A DNA stretch of 64,000 nucleotides from a virus (IMGVR_UViG_3300020202_000064:1-64000); one strand, 5' to 3'; numbered from the stretch's first letter, positions 22,580-33,808 are shown. Numbers and translations: made by a program. Notes: generated from the letters alone by a model not told the origin.

Positions 22580-23410
22580 TTAGAATTCATTAATTTTGTT
22601 TGGATGTACAACTATCCGAGATTCATCAAGCTTATACACAGCGTCCGCAATATCCTTGGGTGAGTATCGGCTTGAAATATGCGCAATCGCAACATGCTTC
22701 ACTTTGGCTTCCCACGCTCGATTTAATGCTTCGTCCAGTGTGAAGTGTGTAGATTCATCCCTGTCTTTCGCATTCAAAAACGAACAATCCATGATTGCTA
22801 ATTCTGCATTAGCGATATCATTAGAATCCAAGTCGTATGCATCTAAGCAGTAAGCGAGCATATTCGCAGTGTACGACTCGCTAAAATCCTTAGATGTAAC
22901 ACCAACCTTGAGTAGTGTAGGAATATGCTTTCCAACGTATTCCTTTTTGAGACGTGTTCGTGCCTCCACAATCTTATAACCGAGTGTGGTGGATTTCTTG
23001 GTATGATGAAGTTTGAATGTTTCAATCCAGTGATGGGCATCAAGTTGGAACTTACAACCAACCTCGGTTGGAATCCAATTAACCTTGAAAGACAACCATG
23101 AACCGAATCGTTTGCTAATGAAGTGAATGTAATCGTGTATGGCGGCATCGTCCGCAGGATAATAAATATCCAGTGGCTTTTCCTTGTCGCCTCGGGATGA
23201 ATTCCGAATCCCCAGAAAGGTTGCCAAGCCGCCGATATGGTCTCCATGTATCGCGTGGCTGATGCAAATCCGCTCGACTCCAAAAATATGGTTTCCGGCA
23301 TACGTGGCGAAGCCCTCCCCAATATCAAACAAGGTTCGAGATGGGTGATGCCAGAACCAGTTGGAGTAAAGCCCCTTACTGAAGGCGGTGATATGGAACT
23401 TCTTGGTCAT
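22580..23410 (-). CDS. rnz: Ribonuclease Z (metallo-beta-lactamase fold)
   Basis: FDIGEG, HAIHGDHIGG, HISSRY. Confidence 0.82.
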   Translation of the reverse strand: MTKKFHITAFSKGLYSNWFWHHPSRTLFDIGEGFATYAGNHIFGVERICISHAIHGDHIGGLATFLGIRNSSRGDKEKPLDIYYPADDAAIHDYIHFISKRFGSWLSFKVNWIPTEVGCKFQLDAHHWIETFKLHHTKKSTTLGYKIVEARTRLKKEYVGKHIPTLLKVGVTSKDFSESYTANMLAYCLDAYDLDSNDIANAELAIMDCSFLNAKDRDESTHFTLDEALNRAWEAKVKHVAIAHISSRYSPKDIADAVYKLDESRIVVHPNKINEF

Positions 23411-23965
23411 TTCTGCTCATCAAAAAGCTTTAAAACCTCTTCGTCAAACCTAATCGTAGACATTCCTAGACGCCGGATAAATTCTGCGCGACTGATTTTT
23501 TCATTCCAGCTTTCTTCGAAATTCGACCGGTCCCAACCATCCGGGTCCAAAATGATAGTGTCGGGGCACAATTCCTTATGCCATTCATCACTTGTTTTCT
23601 TTGGAGACCAATCAATCGCGTCATAATTCGATTTATATTGGGCGCTAAAACAATTTCTTGATTTGTCTCCTTTGCCATTCATCCGTGTCCTTCTTTTAAT
23701 TTTTCTGGAATACTTCTTTTGGTAATTCTATAGGTAGAATTCTCAGTCTCAACAAGATTGCCCTCAATCGAAATAACTACCGAAGTGTTGAATACGCCCG
23801 CCCTACCAGTGGGGTAGTTTATATTGCGCATTCGCCACATTTTAATATGGTCGCCAACAGTAATATCCCGAATCAGAATTCCCTCTACCCAATATTTCAC
23901 CGTCACCCCGTTCGAATTGGGGTTTTTCTCCGCAACCTTTGTAATTCGAACGTAGGTATCTTTTT

Positions 23966-24454
23966 TCATTTGGTTACTTGTTTTAGCCCGACTATTTCAC
24001 AGTCCTTGGTTATATTATAAATTCGGTCGAAACCTTCGTGATAGGTAGGTGTCACAAACTTAGAAGCTTGCTTATGGATTACAGACTCAGGCACCTTACG
24101 CTGTCTTCCTTCTTGGAATTTAAGCGCCCGCTTTACATCCGGTTCGGTATAATGACACTCCAATCGAGTGTTAAAATTCGCTCGAACACTAAGATTGGCC
24201 CTATCAACCGGTTTAAGTGACGTTGCGTCGACAATCACTGACTTACCCTCTTTTAAAGCTTCGTGAATACGGCGGGGTAGGATGACTGTAAAAATTAAAC
24301 CGTTTTTACTTTGGTCTTCCTCCGTGCCGCTCAATTCCTTTCGTATGGAATCGGTGGAAATGATAACAGCACCAGTCTGTTGGGCAAGTGTCTGTGCGTA
24401 TGTACTCTTACCAGAAGATGAGATACCCGCAAGAATAAAAAGTGTCTGTTGCAT
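23966..24454 (-). CDS. P-loop kinase (AAA_33, polynucleotide kinase-like)
   Basis: GISSSGKST, STDSIR, VDAT, RKVP, EGFD. Confidence 0.8.
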   Translation of the reverse strand: MQQTLFILAGISSSGKSTYAQTLAQQTGAVIISTDSIRKELSGTEEDQSKNGLIFTVILPRRIHEALKEGKSVIVDATSLKPVDRANLSVRANFNTRLECHYTEPDVKRALKFQEGRQRKVPESVIHKQASKFVTPTYHEGFDRIYNITKDCEIVGLKQVTK

Positions 24455-24722
24455 TGCGCCATCACTTACTTTTTTTCTATTTCGTCAACTTTATTTTCGG
24501 TAGGATTGTTAACTGGCGCATTTTGAGATAGTTGCAATTTTGCTGCCGCTTGCCGCTGCATCAGCCAATTGAGAGCATCCAATACCATAGGAGAGTGGCT
24601 ATCCCCAAAATGTTGGCGCACGACTTCTCGGGTAACCTCGCTATGCTGCCAGAGACGGTCGATAGCGTTAGAATAACGTAAAAGCGTCACGTATACTTCA
24701 TCCTGTAATTGTATAAATTTAC

Positions 24723-25508
24723 TCATTGTAAAACAGGAATCTTATCATCGAACCACGACCAGTTTTCGTTAAAACGTGGAGCATTGTTATCTATTTTCCA
24801 CCCCAAAACTTTTGTTATACAGATAGAACCTATAATCGGAGCGCCATCGAGATAACTTTTATATACACAACTACCCCTCTTATGATGAACGGGCAAATCA
24901 TTCCAATTCTTCCCCGATTTCTGGAATATAATTTCCTGCTTTTCTTTACTATTCTTACCTTCCAGTTCGTTGTGAGAAGCGTGCGCCAATGCCACCATTG
25001 AAATACTATTCTTGCTGGCGTCGTTTTGCCGCCAAAGGAGATAGTTTAAAACTTCAGAACGGGACGGAATTGTAAAAACGCGGGCATCGAAATGGGCCAA
25101 AATTCTTTCTGAAAAAGGTATCTCCGAAGAATACATATAACGGACATATCTCAATCGATTAAATGTTGCAGTCGCAATAGAAGCGCTGACGCTGGCTATC
25201 TTTTGAATATTCCCATCGAACCATGCCGAAGTGTTAAGTTCGTCAAAATCTGTAAGTACCAAACTAATCTCGTCTGACTGTGTATAACCAAATTTACACC
25301 CCTGTATCTGTTCACACAGCGCCTTAGTAGTGGCTTGCATATCCTCCATCAAACCCTCATCGAAGGGCTTAGTACAGCCGCGCGTATAGGTATGGAATGC
25401 TTTTCCATCAATACGTATAATCGTATATGAGCGGCGCGGGAGAAAATATCTCGCACGGTCCTCATAATTGGATTTCATCCTATCACCAAGAGCATCTTTC
25501 ATAATCAA
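24723..25508 (-). CDS. thg1: tRNA(His) guanylyltransferase Thg1-like protein
   Basis: RIDGKAFH, YTQSDEIS, FDAR, WRQND. Confidence 0.93.
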   Translation of the reverse strand: MIMKDALGDRMKSNYEDRARYFLPRRSYTIIRIDGKAFHTYTRGCTKPFDEGLMEDMQATTKALCEQIQGCKFGYTQSDEISLVLTDFDELNTSAWFDGNIQKIASVSASIATATFNRLRYVRYMYSSEIPFSERILAHFDARVFTIPSRSEVLNYLLWRQNDASKNSISMVALAHASHNELEGKNSKEKQEIIFQKSGKNWNDLPVHHKRGSCVYKSYLDGAPIIGSICITKVLGWKIDNNAPRFNENWSWFDDKIPVLQ

Positions 25509-25731
25509 TAATTATTCCACTTAAATTCATCCGAGCATTTATTTATCGACATTATAAATAATGCAATAGATGTGGCAATATATGGAAGAGTCCACCAATA
25601 AAAATCATCAAATATTCCAAATAAATATCCAAGTCCGAAGGCGACCCAAATAATCAAGAAGGGTGACGCGCCGACCATAAAACGCTTAAAGCGTCTAATT
25701 TCCCAATCGTCGAATTCAAAGCGCCAGATTC

Positions 25732-26199
25732 TCATTCTTTAAACATCTCCCTTACCGTATTTTGCATGATTTGAGCAAGTTGTTCAGATAAGCCAAAACG
25801 CTCCACATTCTTTTCAATCGAAGTGCGTATATTACCATTTTTATTACGCTCAGTGGACGCTTTCCAGTCAACCAACATTTCCAAAATATCAATGAGCGTC
25901 ATATCATTAACGCCGTTTGGCCAATGCTGAGGATGATGGCGATTCTTGGCGTAATGATTATCCAGTGCCGGTTTAATCTTTTCCAACAGAGCCTTGTACT
26001 CGGGTGAATTATATTCGGTAGTCCGCAGGCTGTCCCAATGCTCTCCAAAAATTTCAGCCTCGGGACTTTCAAGTTTGGATGCATCATGCGCGCGGGCGCG
26101 GGCATCCAACTCTTCAATCATCTTATAGAGGTAATAGCGTACCCGGTGGATATGTTTGAGGTTTTCCAACTTACCCAAAATTGTTTTATCATTGTCCAT
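25732..26199 (-). CDS. HD-like protein (DUF5662-type)
   Basis: HDASK, HYAKNRHHP, EMLVDW. Confidence 0.7.
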   Translation of the reverse strand: MDNDKTILGKLENLKHIHRVRYYLYKMIEELDARARAHDASKLESPEAEIFGEHWDSLRTTEYNSPEYKALLEKIKPALDNHYAKNRHHPQHWPNGVNDMTLIDILEMLVDWKASTERNKNGNIRTSIEKNVERFGLSEQLAQIMQNTVREMFKE

Positions 26200-26580
26200 G
26201 TTTAAACTTTAATTTGGCCACACACTTTTTAACTCCATCTATCTGGTTTTGATAGTAATTTGTACCATACGCGCCACCCAAGTGGTTAAAACTATCTAAT
26301 TTCTTTTGATATCGCCGTATTTGGTCTTCAATCTTTCCGATTGTTTCGCGTGACATATCCATCACAACAGCGTTGGAAATATCAAGATTAAACTCAATCA
26401 ACTCGGGTACGCCATATTCAGGGTAATTCTTCGAAAAGAACGTGATACGACTTTTAGCTTGACCAATTTTTGTATAAAACTTGGCCCTGTCTAGAGTATC
26501 AACCCAATTTCCCTTACTACCCCCACCAAATCCGACAGCGCGAAAGAATTTACCTTCACTATTTCGAACTACATATATTT

Positions 26581-27156
26581 TCATACTTCAGCGGGGTTAT
26601 AAAGCTGCATCGTGGTCAAATCACAATGCCAAGTTTGCATCTTGTCCTTGATACCAAGGAAATAACCCATGCAATGCGACGTGCCACCATCCTTAAGTCG
26701 CGCACCTGCACCGAATGTAAATGCCAGCAACGTACTGGCAGTTTCGGCCACAACCTTATTTCGGGCATGAAAACCGCCACCGGTACGAACTACCGCACCC
26801 TTCTCAATTGCACGCTTAATCTCAGCAAGACTATTAATACCAGTCTTAAAATGGAAACGCTGATGGTAGAGGTTGGAGATTGGGCCAGAAGGGTTATCAA
26901 CTTGGAACATTACATCGTCCATGTTAAATTCACATGGCAACTCCAAATTGAGACTCGATACGAATCCAGCATTATATGCCTGAACTGCAATGTGGTCAGC
27001 GTAAGCCGCTCCACCACTAACAAGGCGGGTAAATTTATGTTCCTTAATAAATCGACCGGCAGCAATTTTCATCTCGTTGAATTTAGCCAACGACAACTTA
27101 TCAGCGTCCGAGCCGCGACCCGCTGTACCAATAATACCGAGAACGTTTGTATTCAT
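26581..27156 (-). CDS. SLOG-superfamily protein
   Basis: IIGTAGR, SGGAAYAD, FHARN, GGT. Confidence 0.6.
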   Translation of the reverse strand: MNTNVLGIIGTAGRGSDADKLSLAKFNEMKIAAGRFIKEHKFTRLVSGGAAYADHIAVQAYNAGFVSSLNLELPCEFNMDDVMFQVDNPSGPISNLYHQRFHFKTGINSLAEIKRAIEKGAVVRTGGGFHARNKVVAETASTLLAFTFGAGARLKDGGTSHCMGYFLGIKDKMQTWHCDLTTMQLYNPAEV

Positions 27157-27164
27157 AATTAAAA

Positions 27165-27611
27165 TTAGATATATATATAAGCCGCCGTTACACCACGTTG
27201 ATTAAATATGACGCAATCGCCACCCTTTACTACAATCGGAAACTTTGTCAAATTTTCACAAACAAAGCCCGCATCCGTATATGGGTCATATGTGATTTTG
27301 GCCGGAAGCGTCCGTAGGTCGGCGGCAGTAGTTCCCATACCACCCTCAGTTGCAATATAGCCGCGAACCCATGCATGTACATTTCTCTGTTGTTTTTCAC
27401 GCAGACGTTTCTGACCCGCCTTACTAACAATGAATTCACATTTACGTAACATTAACTGGTCGGTATGTCCAACGACGCGTCCGCGTTGTCGCACACTATA
27501 CACCTTTCCCGGCTTATTCAAGTTTCTATAAACATGAACAACCCACTTGGGGTTGACGGTTCGCCCCTCAAAAGGAACGATTATATTATCTTTTCCAAGT
27601 GAGTTATTCAC
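27165..27611 (-). CDS. Conserved hypothetical phage protein
   Basis: VYRNL, RNVHAW, YDPY motifs. Confidence 0.6.
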   Translation of the reverse strand: MNNSLGKDNIIVPFEGRTVNPKWVVHVYRNLNKPGKVYSVRQRGRVVGHTDQLMLRKCEFIVSKAGQKRLREKQQRNVHAWVRGYIATEGGMGTTAADLRTLPAKITYDPYTDAGFVCENLTKFPIVVKGGDCVIFNQRGVTAAYIYI

Positions 27612-28156
27612 GTGTTTTCAAGGATATATAACGCCATCAGATACTTATCGCGCATGTTTCCGTGCTTAAGGTCTGAAGAATTATGTTTTAGGTCTCCTAT
27701 TTTGACAATTTTAGAATAGGGATTTTCTCTTGCAGCTAGGACAAAATCAAGATAGTTAGGATATCTATTTTTGTTTAGGCGGCGTAGGGCGTCAATAATA
27801 TCAACCCAATCAAGGTCGCCTATTTCTTGGTGAATATCTGCTTTACGATAAATTGCGACAACTTTATATTCCTTGTTCTCGAATTCCTTTATATCTTCGC
27901 AAATATCATGAGAGAGCGCAATGATACTTATAATTTTCTGCGTGGTCGCGTTTGAAAATGTTTTTAACCATCGCTCTAACGCCAGCTTCTCAACCGCTTC
28001 CAGATGCGTAAAGTAAGGGTCACCATTCCAACGTTTCTGGTTGACATGCTTTTCCTTTACGAAGGAGCGTACAAATTCTACAATATTACTCATTTTTCTT
28101 ATCTTGAGCACTATGAGAAGGAATGTCAAGTCCTTCTGGCGGACGTGGATAATCAA
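27608..28156 (-). CDS. SpoT/Mesh1-like HD hydrolase (probable start 28093)
   Basis: HVNQKR..PYFTH, HDICED, VKIGDLKHN. Confidence 0.75.
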   Translation of the reverse strand: MIIHVRQKDLTFLLIVLKIRKMSNIVEFVRSFVKEKHVNQKRWNGDPYFTHLEAVEKLALERWLKTFSNATTQKIISIIALSHDICEDIKEFENKEYKVVAIYRKADIHQEIGDLDWVDIIDALRRLNKNRYPNYLDFVLAARENPYSKIVKIGDLKHNSSDLKHGNMRDKYLMALYILENT

Positions 28157-28615
28157 CTGTCTTACCCTCTTTGATTGAACGAATTACGTAACCGTTGTCG
28201 TCAGCAAAAAGAATTTCCATTGTCGGAAAGCTGATTGAAGTCACCGAACATCCCGTGCGAATGATTTCCCAAGCCATAGCAGCCCAATGAAGGCGCGCGG
28301 CAGGAATCAATTCTCCTTTTTCATCATACAATTCACGATATGAGAATCGCTGATATTGAATCGCAAGAGGTTCTCTATCTTCATCTTCCGGAATGGCACA
28401 AAGGAGGAACGGAATTTTCGCCTTGTCCAGCAGTGAGGCGGCAGCATGAACCATCGCGTATCGCTCTCGCATTTCAGGCGTAAGAGAGGCGAAATATTTT
28501 TCCCGTTCGGCATTCACCTTATTTTGATAACTTGTATTACATTCTTTTGCGGTGCCATCACATGGGTCAGCCTCAACTTTACCGTTTTTAAAACCAGCGT
28601 AACTTTTATTTTCGC

Positions 28616-28888
28616 TCATTGTCTATCTCCTGTTTGGAAGGCGCGCTTGGTTGCGTCCTTCATTTTAATTATATCGTCTAACTTTATATTATATTTAAGA
28701 AATACGTACTCTTCGATTGCACCCAACAAATCCGAAAATTCAACCAGTTCTAAAATGGGACTCTGCTGTTCGCGTGCATCCAACAACTCTTCCCATTCTT
28801 CTTGAATTTTCGAGAAGCCACCGAAACTACCCTTTGGAATATCTCTAAGATGATAACCCATTATAAAAGGTTCCGTACAATATCCCAT
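28616..28888 (-). CDS. MazG-like all-alpha NTP pyrophosphatase-like protein
   Basis: KIQEEWEEL...ELVEFSDL acidic pattern. Confidence 0.55.
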   Translation of the reverse strand: MGYCTEPFIMGYHLRDIPKGSFGGFSKIQEEWEELLDAREQQSPILELVEFSDLLGAIEEYVFLKYNIKLDDIIKMKDATKRAFQTGDRQ

Positions 28889-29466
28889 AGTTCTGATTCG
28901 GAACGTTTAACCGAAAATGGACAGAGAGGCTTACTACCAACGGGAAATACAATCTGCGCCGTCTCTTTTTTATAAGGAGAACGCCTTATCAATGTAATCG
29001 CATTACTTGAATCAACTTGGTGGAAAGTTTCATGGTGTATGTAATATGAACTACCCCAACCATGTTCCGTATCTAGTACACACTTAATATTGCAGGGGTG
29101 AGTAGGAAAAGTCTTCTTTTCTGTTTCCTTACACGTCTCTTCTGTTAACCAATGTGTATTTTCAGTAGTGAAAGAATCAAATATATCTACCTCGTATATT
29201 TTCTGTTTGAGACTACCCCGAAGTACATGGGAGGTAAAATTATACCTATGATTGTGGATTTCTTCTTCGGTGGAAGTTTTAGGAAGGGCGGATGTATAAA
29301 AATGAACGCGCTCTGATTCATTCAGTTTGATTTGAATAAACCCAAGTCCAAACCAATGGATTGATTTGGCATTTTTCTTGAGCCAATCGGTACTAAATAC
29401 ATTAAGTGGTGAAACCATATTTTTTTCTTGTGAGAGTGAAGCGGGGTTCGGCACAACCCGTACCAT
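28861..29466 (-). CDS. Cupin-like hypothetical protein
   Basis: IHNHRYNFTS and FHQV metal-binding His pattern. Confidence 0.5.
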   Translation of the reverse strand: MVRVVPNPASLSQEKNMVSPLNVFSTDWLKKNAKSIHWFGLGFIQIKLNESERVHFYTSALPKTSTEEEIHNHRYNFTSHVLRGSLKQKIYEVDIFDSFTTENTHWLTEETCKETEKKTFPTHPCNIKCVLDTEHGWGSSYYIHHETFHQVDSSNAITLIRRSPYKKETAQIVFPVGSKPLCPFSVKRSESELWDIVRNLL

Positions 29467-29986
29467 AAACCCATGTTAAAAAATCGCAACGCCTGATACC
29501 ATAGCTACCTAATTCAACGTTGTCAAACAAAATATCGAATTGTCGTAAACCGGTTTCTTTAATTTTCAATGGTTGAACCTCTGGTAAATAATTAGGAAAG
29601 AAGTCTTTGAAGAAAATAAATGCGTCCCGAACAACGGATTCGAGAACCGACGCCGCGTCTATCGGATTAAAGTCAGTAACAATCAATTCGTTCTTTATGA
29701 AATATTTCGTATGTAGGGAATCAAAAGGGTCGTGCCGGAAACAAGGCGTGACAGTTTGAAACTTACCTTTGGGGAGGAAGCCCTTGAGATATTGATAAAG
29801 GAAGGATTGTTCGCCAGATGCCACAAGAACCTTACCATCTTCGTGTTTTAGCGACATTTCCTTCGCTTCGGGCGGACGCGTGATATCAGATACGGCTTTC
29901 GTCACGGTCCACGGTGTTTCCACACGTGTATAGCCGCACTTTTCATAATGCTTAATAGAAGCATCAATTATACCATAATCAATCAT
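29402..29986 (-). CDS. Stand-alone class II aminoacyl-tRNA synthetase-like catalytic domain
   Basis: ETPW, ASGEQ, motif 2 PCFR, ELGS, motif 3 GTGCAEPR. Confidence 0.7.
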   Translation of the reverse strand: MIDYGIIDASIKHYEKCGYTRVETPWTVTKAVSDITRPPEAKEMSLKHEDGKVLVASGEQSFLYQYLKGFLPKGKFQTVTPCFRHDPFDSLHTKYFIKNELIVTDFNPIDAASVLESVVRDAFIFFKDFFPNYLPEVQPLKIKETGLRQFDILFDNVELGSYGIRRCDFLTWVYGTGCAEPRFTLTRKKYGFTT

Positions 29987-30552
29987 GATATTTTACGAAG
30001 CAAATCTTGAGTGTGAGGATAACTTGGCTTATAACTAGGGTCTTTCTTATCCCTTTTTTGGATTAGAAGACGGCGGACGTTCATAAGCGCCACACCGAGT
30101 AAATTGCGGCCAAGCCAATTACGTTCATCCAAAATTTCGGGGTCGCTCTCGTACCAGCCCACACCCCAAATCTTGTCCCTACGGGAAGCTTCAACTAAAA
30201 TACGGTTGCCGGTTTGTAGAATCTGTTTTTCGAATTCTGGGTTTTGCGAGAATTTTAAATAGTTGACATAGGTCATGTAGCCAAGCGCAACACAATCCCA
30301 AGCGTATTCATCGAAGTTCTTTACCTGACGCCCGAGACTTTTAACCATTGATGGGTCTGTTTCCATGGCGATAATTTGCGCTGATTCCTTATCTCCAAAG
30401 AACAGCGCTTTGTACATCATGAAGGCTTGTTCTGTGGAATCGAACGGAGCGTCGCCCAACAAGGGGTCTATGAATTGCTTGGGTGTCGAGTGCCAATTCG
30501 AATAGATTTCTCCACCCGAATAAAAGTATACGTGTGTATCGGTTGTTTTCAT
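29983..30552 (-). CDS. NADAR (YbiA-like) protein
   Basis: YSNW, EQAFM, KFSQN, VEAS..DKIWG, GRNLLG. Confidence 0.9.
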   Translation of the reverse strand: MKTTDTHVYFYSGGEIYSNWHSTPKQFIDPLLGDAPFDSTEQAFMMYKALFFGDKESAQIIAMETDPSMVKSLGRQVKNFDEYAWDCVALGYMTYVNYLKFSQNPEFEKQILQTGNRILVEASRRDKIWGVGWYESDPEILDERNWLGRNLLGVALMNVRRLLIQKRDKKDPSYKPSYPHTQDLLRKIS

Positions 30553-30855
30553 TTGTTAAGTTCCGCCTTTATCTCTATATAGATTCCGCGATATTTATTA
30601 TAAACATTTGCGTCGAAACCAACTTCTCTCCAATTTTTGACAAACTCAATAATATTAATTTCTTTATAATCATTCAATTCGTCATTTTTGATACATACCG
30701 GACTGCCATTATCTCCATGGTAGGTCGCGATAACCGTATATATTGGGGCGTGCTTATTCATGAATAAAATCCAGCGCGAACCAACAGTTGGAAGTTGATA
30801 ACTTAGCCGAGGATTAAAACACCGTTTCAGAGCATCGATTATTACATCAATCATA

Positions 30856-32016
30856 TTAACGAAATTTAAAATAGCGATGGTTTGTATAATACGAGGGATA
30901 TCGATGTCCGTTACCATCTTTATCGTATTCGTTTTTATGGAAGAATATCCATAGAGCTACTTGTGATACAAGCATGAATATAATAAAAGACCATAGCGCC
31001 CACATCGGGACCGGAACAGAAATATGCGAAAAATCGTTCCAATTTTTCAACTTATAATTAGCGCGAATTTCCTTACCGATAAGCGGCAATACGTCATTCG
31101 ATATACCATTCTCTAGGACAATCTGTTCCAAATTGCGCTTACAAGTCTCTTCGTCCGTCCAACCGAAACATTTTACCCAATTTGGTTTTTTATTATCGCC
31201 GCCCCAAACTATAACAACATCATTCTTTTTGCCGCCAATCCAAGCCGCGCGCTGCCATTCCGCCATCATTGAATCAACATCCCCCATTCCAACGAGGATA
31301 ACGTTCACCTTGCATAACGGACCTAAAACGGCATTAAACTGGTCGAAAGTAAGATAATCAACTGTGTTCGCCGCCGTACCCACTAATCGGTCAGAGCGAA
31401 ACGGGTCCGCATTGACGGGATACGGAAATACCTTTATATCGATTGGAACCTTTTCAAATGAGAAGACGGAGGGTGCGGCCTTAACGCGATTTTCAAAATA
31501 ACGTGTGTCGGTCACTGGCTCCAACCAACCTGTTTTGTTGTGAGCGATATAAATGTTGTGGTCACCCTTGTGAAAGCCGCTTTTATGCACCCAGCGAGTT
31601 TCAATATGGTTGCCAAATTTTTGCGCTAATTCATGATACTTGTCTTCTGAAATACGAATGTTACTTATTGTAGTTTCGGCTACCCAATATTCATGATGGG
31701 TGCGGTATTCAGTTGTGTAATAAATCTCGGTTCTCGTGCCACCACGACCATCAGAGACAGTACGAGTATGCATCTGTTGATACTGTTCAACCCAACGAGG
31801 ATGGAAAACAGCCTGTTCAACTCGTCCACTCCAAGTTTCCGTATCGATTGTCTGACCGTATAAACCGACGAAATGGAAGACACCCGCTAACGCGAAACAA
31901 AGCGCCGCATTACCAATCCACTCAATCCAATGGACGCGTTTGCCTAGCGCCCACATAATGCCGCCATATACGAATGGAATGACGGCAAGAATGTAGAATA
32001 TGACTGCGGGAATCAT
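30856..32016 (-). CDS. Membrane protein with large extracytoplasmic domain
   Basis: Two N-terminal and one C-terminal TM helices; WIGGKKND motif. Confidence 0.6.
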   Translation of the reverse strand: MIPAVIFYILAVIPFVYGGIMWALGKRVHWIEWIGNAALCFALAGVFHFVGLYGQTIDTETWSGRVEQAVFHPRWVEQYQQMHTRTVSDGRGGTRTEIYYTTEYRTHHEYWVAETTISNIRISEDKYHELAQKFGNHIETRWVHKSGFHKGDHNIYIAHNKTGWLEPVTDTRYFENRVKAAPSVFSFEKVPIDIKVFPYPVNADPFRSDRLVGTAANTVDYLTFDQFNAVLGPLCKVNVILVGMGDVDSMMAEWQRAAWIGGKKNDVVIVWGGDNKKPNWVKCFGWTDEETCKRNLEQIVLENGISNDVLPLIGKEIRANYKLKNWNDFSHISVPVPMWALWSFIIFMLVSQVALWIFFHKNEYDKDGNGHRYPSYYTNHRYFKFR

Positions 32017-32097
32017 TTTAGATTTTGAGCAGCCAAAAACACAGCTATACAGAGCGATACAAGCATTAAACAGAAGATAAGTATTCGAATTTTCATA

Positions 32098-32694
32098 TTA
32101 CTTCTTCGCTCCCATGTTTAGATTAACATCGTCATCCTTGCCAGTGGCGAACGCGGCTTCGGTTCGAGTAGACGTAATAACCTTGGGAACGATTTTCTGA
32201 AACCCCATCATAGGCAAGATAAAATTGCCGGGAAAGACGGATAGCCGCTGATTGTATTGTTCAGAGATACTTACAAGTTCGCGCTGGTTACGCGTCCAAC
32301 CATCACGAGAACCCGTAATGATATTCATAAGCTGACCATAGAGCCGCAAATCAACCGTGGGTGCGGCTTCCTTAATCCATGTCATCACGCGCCCCTGACC
32401 CTCACTCGTGCGAGCATTTGCATACCCCTCAAAAATTTCGCGGAAGGCGTTCTTCTGTGCCTCGGGCACTTGCGCCGTCTGCTGAATCTTCTTCCACATG
32501 TTATCAAATTCGGCAGAATTAGCCGCCACCTTTGATTCATATTGGTTTCGAAGGGTTGCGGCATCATTATAAGTACCTATCAGCCAAAGACCAAGGACGA
32601 GAGCTAGCAGCGCAAAACCGCCAGCGAAGATACCGCCGACAATGAGGAATGTTTTATTCATAGGAATTTGAGGTAAAATCAAAGAGCGGCGCAC
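32098..32694 (-). CDS. LemA-like membrane protein (probable start 32661)
   Basis: TM helix, YN, C-terminal YNQRLSVFPGN. Confidence 0.65.
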   Translation of the reverse strand: MRRSLILPQIPMNKTFLIVGGIFAGGFALLALVLGLWLIGTYNDAATLRNQYESKVAANSAEFDNMWKKIQQTAQVPEAQKNAFREIFEGYANARTSEGQGRVMTWIKEAAPTVDLRLYGQLMNIITGSRDGWTRNQRELVSISEQYNQRLSVFPGNFILPMMGFQKIVPKVITSTRTEAAFATGKDDDVNLNMGAKK

Positions 32695-33158
32695 GTCAAG
32701 AATTATTTTAAACTTTTGTAGCGCCAGTCGTCGTTTTTACAAGTCCAATTGTAATAACTGGAATGGGAGTGTCGTCAATTTCTTGCGGTTTTGAAAAATG
32801 GGTCGCCGTAAAAGAATGGTGGATTTCTGGATTTTTCAGCCAAAGGTTGAAAGCTTTCATGAGATTTCTTTTATTCGCGTAAATGCCGCCCATCGAGGAA
32901 CTAGCCCCAAATTGACTCCAAATGTAATTATACTTGGTTTTCATATTTATCTTTCTTCAAGCCAAATACTCATATCATCCCAAATAGAATAATCGCTATC
33001 ATTATATCGATTTTTCTTTTCCAAATCCTTTTTTACTACATCCCTAAAATCTTTCGTCACCAATAAAAGCGCATTGTTTATTGCCTGTTCTTTGGTTTTA
33101 AAGGGGCCACGTCTTTTCCTTCCATCATCGCCAAAAGATTCTTTGTAAAGAAAATATT

Positions 33159-33611
33159 TCATATCTTCGTTGGGTCGATTTGTAAATGAGCAACTTCGTC
33201 CCGGTTTACCGCAAACCCATACGCTTCATACGTCGCATTCTTTACCCGCTTCGGTTTCATAGTTTTGATTTTCTCATCCAAGAACTTGGCCAATTCACAT
33301 GCATTGAACCAGAAAAGTTTCTTGTCGTATAAAAACAGATAGACGAAATAATCAATATTGTCCTTACACGTTCTCCAAGGGCCACCAATTGCGCCAGATT
33401 TTGTATTTCCAACATACTCCATAAAGAAGTTTGGCGTCTTCGCCATAGAATACGTATCGGTTTTCAACTCTATCCGTTTCCCGTTTAAAACGAAGTCATC
33501 CACGCGCCCGTTCGTCTTAACGGCTGAAGGGTATAACGTTTGAAAATAACGTTCTCCCTTATTACCTACACTTAATTGTTCATGCCATCCAAATACTTGG
33601 TCTTCCGCCAT
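33159..33611 (-). CDS. PD-(D/E)XK nuclease-like protein
   Basis: GE...DF...IELKTD. Confidence 0.6.
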   Translation of the reverse strand: MAEDQVFGWHEQLSVGNKGERYFQTLYPSAVKTNGRVDDFVLNGKRIELKTDTYSMAKTPNFFMEYVGNTKSGAIGGPWRTCKDNIDYFVYLFLYDKKLFWFNACELAKFLDEKIKTMKPKRVKNATYEAYGFAVNRDEVAHLQIDPTKI

Positions 33612-33808
33612 AAATTATAATTTAGAATGTTCGTAGGTAGCCCAACACGACGCAATAAAAGCTGAAACCTTTGCCGAAAGACCAAGATACCATATTGTGG
33701 GCGACGGTAGTGGTATTATGTTCAAAAGAACACAACCAAACCAAATTGCAATAAGCAGATATATAATAATGCAAATCCAAGTTAGATTATAGAGTATTGT
33801 TTTCTTCA

